Shown here: in pieces, positions 54,503 to 64,000 of the stretch
Position numbering within the stretch: the stretch's first letter is position 1
Layout: the number at the start of each line of letters is the position of its first letter
DNA from: Trichinella spiralis
Lineage: Eukaryota
Assembly (NCBI RefSeq): GCF_000181795.1
Contig: NW_003526941.1
Span: forward strand, 6,187,422-6,251,421
Length of the DNA: 64,000 bases
Direction of reading: 5' to 3'
Translations under genes and position numbers: made by a program
Notes under the pieces: model-generated
Told to the model about the DNA's origin: nothing
The model's database searches: none
The model's input: the letters and a program-made list of their open reading frames with translations, nothing else

Positions 54503-57500
54503 CTGACAATATTACTACTATTGTTGACGTAATGAGTGGCTTTGGAAACTGGCTTGTTGTTCAAAGCGGTGACAATCAAATCTGCCAAATTGGTCATCAA
54601 AGTTGGAGCCAAAGAATGCTGAGGTGGCAGCGGCAGTGGTGCTTCTTTCACTGGCAATGCTTTACAACAATTGTCAACGTGATTTCGACAGTCGGGACGA
54701 AATGACTAAAGAAAACATAAGCAGAATAAAAAAAATATACCACAAGTAAAAAAGGATGCAGAATAAGAAAATTAATGATAACACACAATAATTAATATTT
54801 CAGGATATCATGAAACAAATTAACCAACCAACTGTTGTCTCCTTCGTTCCCTGTTCTGTGAATCCCTTGACAGCTATCTGTTTCATCGGTGCATGAGCGA
54901 GGCTAATTGTCGAAAGGACGTAATTGAATTAAAGCTTCAACTCAGCCGGACTGGTCAATGTGACCAGGCGACGTTAAACGGCCGTCGCTTTCTAAAGCCG
55001 ACGAAACCGGCGGTCCCTGGCGGTATGTATGAGAGAAATGATTGAACAGTAGTAGATTGGGTAGATTTTATTTTACACAGCTGCTGCAGGCTTTTAGCAA
55101 GCATACATATAAATTGACCAGTGAACCTTGTGAAAATCAATCCGATCAAAGAAAACATATACTATTATATATATATATATATATATATACACTTGCACGA
55201 CTTCTTGGCTGTCACTTCAATCTAAACGCGATATCTGGACACAGAAGCATTGCATAAGCAGCAGACAACGCACTCCCCCCCCCTCATGCCCCTGTATTTG
55301 CATTTGACTAAAGAACAATAAAAGCTGAAATTGACTCTGCGCACAGACACACAGACACACACACACACACGATTGTTGTGTAAATGAAACCAATCTGCGT
55401 GTGATCATCAACATTATTCAACCGTACTGATATAATTTATGCTGTATTTCAGTGTATTTTCAAATTTCCACCAACGTATGGAAAAAGAGTTTGCCTCCTT
55501 TTCAATATTAACAAACAAATTGGCATTATTCTTTCAAAAAAATCAGAATCAATCTATATCAAATACACTAAATGAATAATTGTAATATTTTTTTCCGGCT
55601 GTTGTTCGCTTGATATAAATGACATTTGAAATTGCATGAAATAAAAAAATTGAAAAAAAGAAAAAATTTTTTTAAAAGCAGATATGATTTCTGATCATCA
55701 AAGATTGGAAAAGAAGTCCCAGATATGCAGAGAAAGAGAAAATGAAGGGTAGAGATAAAGAGAGTGACGTCAAAGAGAATTAATTGATTTCAAATAACAA
55801 CAAGCAGAAAATTCTCATCCAACTAACAAAACGGAAAATTTTCATACTTTTCATTATGATAAACACACTGATGTAAATATCTGTAAGAGTTTTGAGCAAA
55901 AAAAATGAAAAAAAAGCATAACAATTTAAGTTGATGATGTTGATTGCTGCTGTTGTTACTATTAGCTGAACTGTGCAAGTGATTCATACTGATGATGCAT
56001 TACTGGAGAATAAATAAAAATATCTGATGAGCAATTATTGAAATTACACTTGCACACATTTGCAAAAATGAGTAGCGTTGAAATAATTGGAAACTAACCA
56101 AACTGAACAAGGCAAACACTGTCTATACACATGACAAAATATGTATAAATTTTACCACAAGTATATGGAAAAGAATGAAAAACCTCAAGCCAAAGACCAG
56201 CCAGCCAGCAGCAGGGTATATGACAGGGCAAGCAGACGACCGGACGTTGAGATGTCACTTTGCTGAGCGGTTTCAATTAATTTCAAACATAGACAGTTCA
56301 ACACAGATCAACAAGATAGTGTCAATAATTCGGCTGCACAGTTGGGTATGGAAGAATGCCACCCCTTCTACATAAAAAATACAAAAACACAACAATAAAA
56401 GGATGACACGTCAAATTGCAACTGACATCCCGCACTGATTGTTCCCAGAACTGAAATATTCAGTTTCGATCAGCCAATCGTTCGAAAATAAATGACCAGT
56501 AAAAACTTTGCTTTCTAATAAATATTTCAATATTGATGTAAATTTAAAACAAGACCAAAACATTCCCATTCGTCATCACTCTAACAACCAAATACCGTAT
56601 CATCAAATATTAACTAAAATTTTATTTTTCAAATCAACAAAATATTTTTTGTTACCTTTCCCATAAATTTACTTAAAATTTTCCTTTTTCTCTCACACAC
56701 ACATAGGCTATCTATCAATAACGATGATAATAATAACAATTGTGTGTCATCTATATATACATTGGTAACGTAACAACGACGTAACGTCCCTTTCTGTCAA
56801 CTAATTACTGTGCGCGTAAAAAATTCAATATTCATGATTTATCGTATTTATAATTTCCATTTCAAATTCATTGGAAAGGAAAGTAAAATGTGATTAATAA
56901 AAATATTTCTTCGCAGTTGTATTGAATTTTCTGATCAAATAAAATTATTTAAACTTCCAGACTGCTAAAATAATGCTTTTACGAATCATACAAGATACTT
57001 TTGTGCCAACTGCAAATTATCCATACAATCAAAATGTCGTTTGCCTTTTGCTCTTGAAAATATTAGCATAACACTGCATATCATTTGTTTACAGAGTGGA
57101 GAAAAAGATGAAGATAGAAAGATACGGAAAGGAAAGATACAATGTATATATATATATATATATATATATGTAAATTAGTCCCCCCGCTTGCATAAACTGT
57201 CTGTGTGTAACATGGATAGCTCGGTTTCCGTTGAAAAGTTCACAATTAAACAATAACGGTAGTGCATGTAGGATGACTGACAATAAATAAATGATAGAAC
57301 AAGAAAGTAATCTTTTATGAAAAAATAAATTAGTATAGAATTTAAAATACACCCTTTAAATTCAAATTAAAAAAAACTTTTTCTTACCCAATAATGATGA
57401 GCAGAATAGGCTATATTTGGCCAGGGCATTGTTGTGCGAGACGTGCATGACCAAAGCAATGGATTCGGTATCAGCAGAGACGGTTGTACTTGCAACGGGC

Positions 57501-57531
57501 CATCTGAAGGACGGCCGATACGTGATGTCAT
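54503..57531 (-). CDS. Probable 5' coding exons of the long KIF26-like isoform (57531-57388 and 54705-54503)
   Basis: Both have canonical splice sites, are stop-free and have matching phases (0, then 2) into the acceptor at 50595: MTSRIGRP..AHHYW|SFRPDC..NIVR|PSKLP. No homology recognised. Confidence 0.55.
55166..55189. repeat. (TA)n microsatellite
   Basis: About 12 TA units seen directly; a similar tract lies at ~57145-57169. Confidence 0.85.
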
Positions 57532-60500
57532 GACTGACAACCTGAAATCAATTCATTTAGCCATTAAAAAAAGTTAATAATATAATAATAGAAGACCGCG
57601 ACAGATGAATGGTGAAAAATAAAACAGAAATAAATGGAAGGCACAGATTTGAAAAGATGAAAAGCTGACGGCGGAAATGCATGATATATTAATAGATGCT
57701 GCTGCCCTTTATTACTACTGTTACGACCTGCAAGTGACAAGTTAAAAAGAAAAAGTAATAATAAAACAGACGACAATCCATCCAATGACGACCAAACAGT
57801 CCAGTTAACATTGGCATAAAGAGGCTAGACGAGGCTAGGTTAGGTTAGGCTGGGCTGGGCTAGTAGTCTAGGTAAAATTTCTACCGGCGTCCATTTATAT
57901 CTTCACAATCTTCTTCAGTTTGATAGTAATCAACACTGGAGTAGAATTTTGGTAAAACAAATTCCATCAGCATATATCAACGTATATATAACGGTTGGAA
58001 TGTGGTCGCCATACGAGCTGCTATTCGTTTTCCGACTGACCTGTTGTCATCAATTAGTTCGAGGGCCAAATTGGAAAAAGTACCAACTCAGAGAGGTTTA
58101 TCATCATCTTTCCATTCGGGGAGGTCTTCTGGCCGAGGAAATTAAGGTCGACGATAAGAAGCAGCAGTAAGATAGCTCAGCGTGGCACAGTGCAGAGCAG
58201 ATGATGAGTAGCAAGCTTATCGACAAAATAAAGAAAAAAAAACGACAAGCTGCCAAGAATCGACCGGACGGTCGAGTGGATGATGATGATGATGAACGTT
58301 CTGCTAACTCATGCAAATCCAAGCACCTGCCCGGAGGCCAACTGGCGACCCAACTCACTACAATGGACAAGATTGCGCGTATCAGCCGACCTGGACAATG
58401 GTCAGTCATTTGAACGGTGCTAGTCAAATTGAAAAAGCAAACCAACGAGTTGCGCTGCACTACAACGTGCAGCTGTACTGACCATTGTGAATCGCATCCA
58501 TTGTTGTCGATCTTTTCCACTCAACTAAATCTGGATACAACCAACACGCATATCGCCACGTGATGGGTTCATTTTTGGAAGATCAGTCGCAATTGATGTT
58601 TGGTGCAACAGAAAATTAGAGAAAAAAAACTTCCCTATTTTCTTTTCGAAACAACACCTGCTACTACACTACAGTAACAGTAAAGCGTAAATTCTGGAAA
58701 AACCATTTTCAATAAGTCGCCCAACTGAAATTCAAATATGCAACCATAAGCAAGAAGAAAAAACAAGAAAACCCTGTTCTAATGTTCAAATTATAAGTCA
58801 AAGTTGACAATATTTTCAAATTGAAGTTAGCTACAACGGATAAAATTTTTAAATGATCTTCCGCCTGTGTCGAGTGACGCTAAATTGTGCATAATCTGAT
58901 GTTGGGGTCTGCCAGTGAAACATCTGCCATCAGTCAACGGCAATGGCATATATCCTCCTCCTCCTTCTGCAGGGAAAAACATTGCCACCTCGGCGGTGTC
59001 GTATTTCGCTGAACAACTGCTGTTCTGCATGGATAAATTGTCCATTTTGAAAAGCTTCAACACCATTTGACAACAGAACGGAAAAGCTAGCTGATCAATG
59101 ACCAAAATTGAAATTGTTGCAGTTGCAATTTTCAAAATTCAGAAACAAAGAAGAAAAAAGAAATCAAACACCTGTTTCATTTCTTATTATTACTTTTTCA
59201 AATCAATAATATTTCTGTAGGAATAAATTTTCCATAAAAATGTTTCAATTTTAAATTAATAATTTCGAAAAACATATCATTTTCAGTGCTTATCATCCAA
59301 AAATACGCAAATAAGTTAAACACGTATACTGATCTCATTTTTTAAAATAAACTAACTTTCTTACGTTTTATGCTGCGGTGAATTATCTACAAATGAATAC
59401 AAAAAATACTCGAACATGCACGTTGAAATATTAAAATTCAATACATGAACTAATTGGTATGTGATAAGTATGACGACAATTCACAGTGGACACTGATTAT
59501 GATCAGAAGAGAAAAGTTGCCAAAATGATGAAAATGAACAATGGCTGTAAGCGAGACCCTAAGACTATTCAAATATGCTCTAAACGAGTATTTCTAGATC
59601 ATTTCAACCAGACTAATAATCTAAAACTTACGTCGCAATGGAATCTTCAAGAAGACAGAAAGAATGAATAATCTCTCTCTTCACCTAACCTGTAGTAATA
59701 TTTTCTCATCTCGCTCTTCTTCAGCTTCTTTCCACATTCATTCGTTACAAAATCTCGAGAATTTCTGAACCGATATTTCATAACTAAAAAACAAAGAAAG
59801 AAATACTGACTAGTGAGTGATATAATATTACATATTCCAAATGAACAGAAAAGCTGAACGATGCAACTCATCCAATGTGTGCGTTCAATGATCAAACGTC
59901 AAATCACATTTCATATGACTTACAATTTCATCAACTTTTAATAATAATAACTGTATACTACAAACTGTACATTTTTTCTGTTCACATTACAAGAGTGCAC
60001 ATCTGAAGGGTAAAAAACTGAAAACTTCCTCAATTTAGCAAATAATAATAAGCGTATCTTGACGATTTTTCACTTTTGGTCAATCACGGCAAAATTATAT
60101 AAAACGAAAAAGCAAAAAACTGCCTTTCACTACTTGCAATATTATAACGGCAAACAAATGAAAATTGTACAACCAACAAACACTAAGCAAGCTATTATCT
60201 ACTAGTGATGATGATTCACATAATACAACCACCAATAATTCTGAAAGCAATGTAATAATTGATATTTTAAAAAACAAAAACAAAATCTTTCCATCCTGAT
60301 GATGATCATAATAATAAATAAACAAATATACAAATAAGAAGCATTTCAAAATGATGATATTTTAAACCTGTTCGAAACAACCGGACAGAAACAAGGCTGA
60401 AAAGCGACCAGCGTTTAGAGGAAAAGAAGCGCAGACAAGAATGCCATAAACCAGCATCGAATGTTGAAGGCCGTAACAAAAATGGGTTAGCCGAGTGATT

Positions 60501-63500
60501 TCCACACCGCTGGAATAGCAAAACGGCGGCACGTTCAAAGTCAATACATCCCGTTATTTATTTATTTATTTCATTTGTTTACTGCGCGCTATGCCACTAA
60601 AGCCACTAGTTGCTACCCATTAAACAACAACAAAAATAAATTTAAAAAAATCAACTTCACATAAAGAACAAGCAAGCAGTGTTCGATGAAAATGAATTTC
60701 AAAAAATCAATTTGTCCATTTTGTCTATTCTTATACAAATTTCAATTCACCCAAAGAAAGGCATATTTCAACGTTTCATATATTTTTTCCGTTTCAGTAC
60801 ATATGTATATACAAAAAAAACCTAATTTACAATTAAAAATTTTTTTATCCATTATTTTTACAAGTGTTCAACTGATGCTCAGTTCAGTTGAAATGGTGGA
60901 CAAGCAAAAAAGATTACTGTAAATTACTGTATAATTTAAATAGTGTAATTCAAGTTCATATTTGAAATATGTTTTTCCTTCTTTTTCGAAATGACCGTTG
61001 CTCGTGAGCAATAAAATGAAATAAAAATGAATCATTCAGCTCCACTGAAACAGCAGTCAACGTGACCAGCTGTCATTGCAAAAATGACAATGAAATCAAC
61101 AAATTAATTAATAATAAATTGGTAAAAACAAAAGTTGCTGCACCAACAAAGAGTTGGTTACGTTCCAATGTCGATTTGTCTGTCACACAGCACTTTGATA
61201 GTTGAGTCGGATGCAAATTTCAACAAATGATGAAAATTGAAGCCCAACCATTCAATGTCGTATGGCACAGCGTGGGGTGAAATTGGACGATTGTGTTTAC
61301 GGCTTGAACATTTTAAGCCGCTTGTTGCTTTTACGTGTTCGACAGCCGCCGGTTGCTGAACGTCGTCGGTCAGTTTTTGTTCTATTAGTCGCCAAGCAAC
61401 CGAACAGGACAAACAGCACGCACAAACATGCATCCATCCGTATCTGACTGCCTGACGCTTGACATCGACCAGCCACCAGCCTGACGACGCGCATATTTGG
61501 TCAATGCTAAAGCAGAACAGTCGAACGAACGTGAGAGTGCGCTTAATTTGCCCTGCTGCATCGACATTGCGCATGATTCTTCACCAAATTCATGCACTGT
61601 TCTTGTATTACAATTCAAAGTAAGTTTCATAAGATTTTTTTTGAAAATGTTCTTCCCCGCATCCTCATCGAAGAAAGAAAGAAAATATGCAAATGTGAAG
61701 ACAAACAATTACACAAACCAACTACAACAGAAACAACAACATATTTTCCGTTTTGTTCAGTTATTATTATTTTTTCTAATTTTTAGTAATTCTGTACATT
61801 GTGCATTGGATTTGCGCCTGCTGTGCACAAAAAGCTGATAAAAGCCATCCGTATGAAACAAATCATCATTACTACACCTATGCAAAATATCCCGCTAATC
61901 AACATGGTTCCAATAACTCATTTGGTAAGTGGGACCAAACTTTTCCTTCTGACAATGTGCAGCAAGCAACATAAGATGTGTCAAGAATTTTTCTTTTTTT
62001 TCTTTTCTAGAAAATGTGAATCCAATAGTTTTCAACGTAGAACAAACGCTGCGTATGATCGTGTCTTCCAATGAACATGTGGATTACATTTTTAAAGGTT
62101 TGAAGTCGATTTTTCACAAAAGTATTCCTAAAGCGGATGTATTTGTCAGGAACCATTTTTTTCAACAATTTTCAATTGGACGTTGCAATAGTTTGCAATG
62201 GAAACAAGACGATCATTTGTGAAACAATATACGGACAAGATAAACACATCAAATACGGTATAATAATTTTTTCAGTATTCTCTTTTTGGTTCTTTGAAAT
62301 GAATTTTTCATTATCATTCAATTATCATTCATTCAGTCATTCATCCATCCATCCATCCATGGTTTTTATTTATCCAATAGATTCACAATATGCACTTGTG
62401 CATAAATGATCGATAGATATGCTTCATTATTTAAAGTGCAAAATATTTCACCAACAATAGCAACAGTTTGTTTTATATAAACACATTGTTGAGAACAATA
62501 ATGAAGCTTAAAATAGATAAATTTATTGATTTGGCTATTTCAAACCACGACGGATTCATGTTGCAATAATGACATCAGAAATTAATGATCACTTTGACGC
62601 TGACAATTTTCATTCAATTGGAAGAACAACTTTAATCAATCAGTTTCACCTATGACTTGTTGCATATTGCTGTGATGATGTTCAAATGCGGACAATTATA
62701 ATGTAGGCATAGTAAAAATCATAATAATAATACAGTTGCTACCGTGTAGTTCTTTTCATTTCATCTTTCCTAATTCGTCAACCACATTCATTACTCTAAT
62801 CTATTTTCCATTTTTTTGCAATATAAATAATAATGGAGATATTTTTTGCAGAGGTCCAACTTTCATATCCAACGTCAGCTACGGATGCTATTATTGGCAA
62901 GCAGTTGAACAAGAATGACCAACAATTAATAGCTTTGATCAAGCGAAAGACTGACGCAAAAATTACCGAAAAGTGGACAAGTTTCACGTAAGAATATACA
63001 ATAATAATCATCATCATCATAATAATAATAAGCAGAAAAACTTTCAGCTGTTCAATAGACGACGTTGTATTTGCAAATATTTTTACCAAATTCGGACGTT
63101 TGCATGTCAGTTGTATACAAAATTCCTCTTTTCTATTCGAAAATACATGGACTGGCAATAACAGGCTGTCAGTAAAACTTTCTCAATTCAACAATGAACA
63201 CGATCAGCAGACGACGACGACGACGACAGTTGCAGACATTACACAGACCACTGTGTATCACTGCTCCTGTGATGAAGATATGGCCGCGGTGAACAACAAT
63301 CCACCACTTAGACGCACAACAATCGACACTTTCAAAGACGACTATTCATGGTTGTCATTGTATCAAGCAAATCATACTAGCATTATTCTGTCGTACGTTG
63401 GTTCCTACGAAGGTATGGTGTTGCTGTTGCTGTTGTTGCTTTGATTACAAAAAAAAATTATCGTTCCTATTTAAGCTGAATGTGCATGTCGCGTAAGGCA

Positions 63501-63704
63501 ACGAAGAAGAAGAAAACCCACGAATTCCCACGAAGCAGCACCTATTATCGAAGAGAAAGGAATTGCCGTGTACAATTTTTATCCCCAATCCGTAGCCGCT
63601 GGTTCAGCTAAGCAAGAATACATCTTCGCTTACGGAGAAGGATTCAACAGGTGAAAGGGCAAAAAGTGAATTGAAATGAAGGAAAAAAAATCAATCTAAC
63701 TTAC

Positions 63705-63942
63705 GTGTGAATTTCAGATCAGCAAAGGTGTCCTGCCATTTCGGCGACGAAGTCATTCCTGGTGAAGTCCGGTCTTCCACTTTGCTTGCATGTCCAGTTC
63801 CGTATCGTCCACCCGGGGATGTACAACTGAGACTATGCCACGGTGATCAGTTCTTCCCGATGGGAGATGGAACAGTGGTCAGTTGATCAGGCAGTCGGCA
63901 CTGGACTGTTGTGAAATTTTTTCTTTAACTTATTGTTAAAAC
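63705..63942 (-). other. Candidate 5' UTR exon of the KIF26-like gene
   Basis: GC-richer island bounded by a TTTTTCAG acceptor and a CAC|GTAAGT donor; not in frame with the downstream CDS. Confidence 0.4.
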
Positions 63943-64000
63943 CTGAAAAATAAATCTCTTTTATATTTATTTATATTTATGTATATATATATACAGAATC

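Noticed and set aside
57600..63500. Many 60-140 aa ORFs upstream of the kinesin gene
   Set aside because: Low-complexity, overlapping on both strands, no domain motifs and no consistent splice chain; treated as intron or regulatory DNA.

Overview
Eukaryotic, AT-rich, intron-dense genomic DNA with short GT-AG introns, many microsatellites and one 750-N gap. The style suggests a clade I nematode such as Trichinella; this is inferred, not proven. By joining exons manually with phase checks I reconstructed six multi-exon genes: MAGI (minus, 8310-22097), GTP-type succinyl-CoA ligase beta/SUCLG2 (minus, 24939-26900), N-WASP-like (minus, 27191-30107), hamartin/TSC1 (plus, 30989-35101), an aquaglyceroporin (minus, 36926-40925) and a KIF26/VAB-8-like kinesin (minus, 43152 to about 57531). 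I found no tRNA, rRNA, CRISPR array or recognisable transposase, and no clearly new biological system. The best leads are: a candidate WASP-SUCLG2 operon; WASP/SUCLG2/MAGI linkage that mirrors human paralogous regions; retention of TSC1; a kinesin lacking the P-loop lysine and carrying several candidate first exons; a GC-AG intron and candidate cassette exons in MAGI; and a duplicated ~105-bp hairpin element in MAGI introns. Most of the supplied ORF track is intronic or antisense noise.
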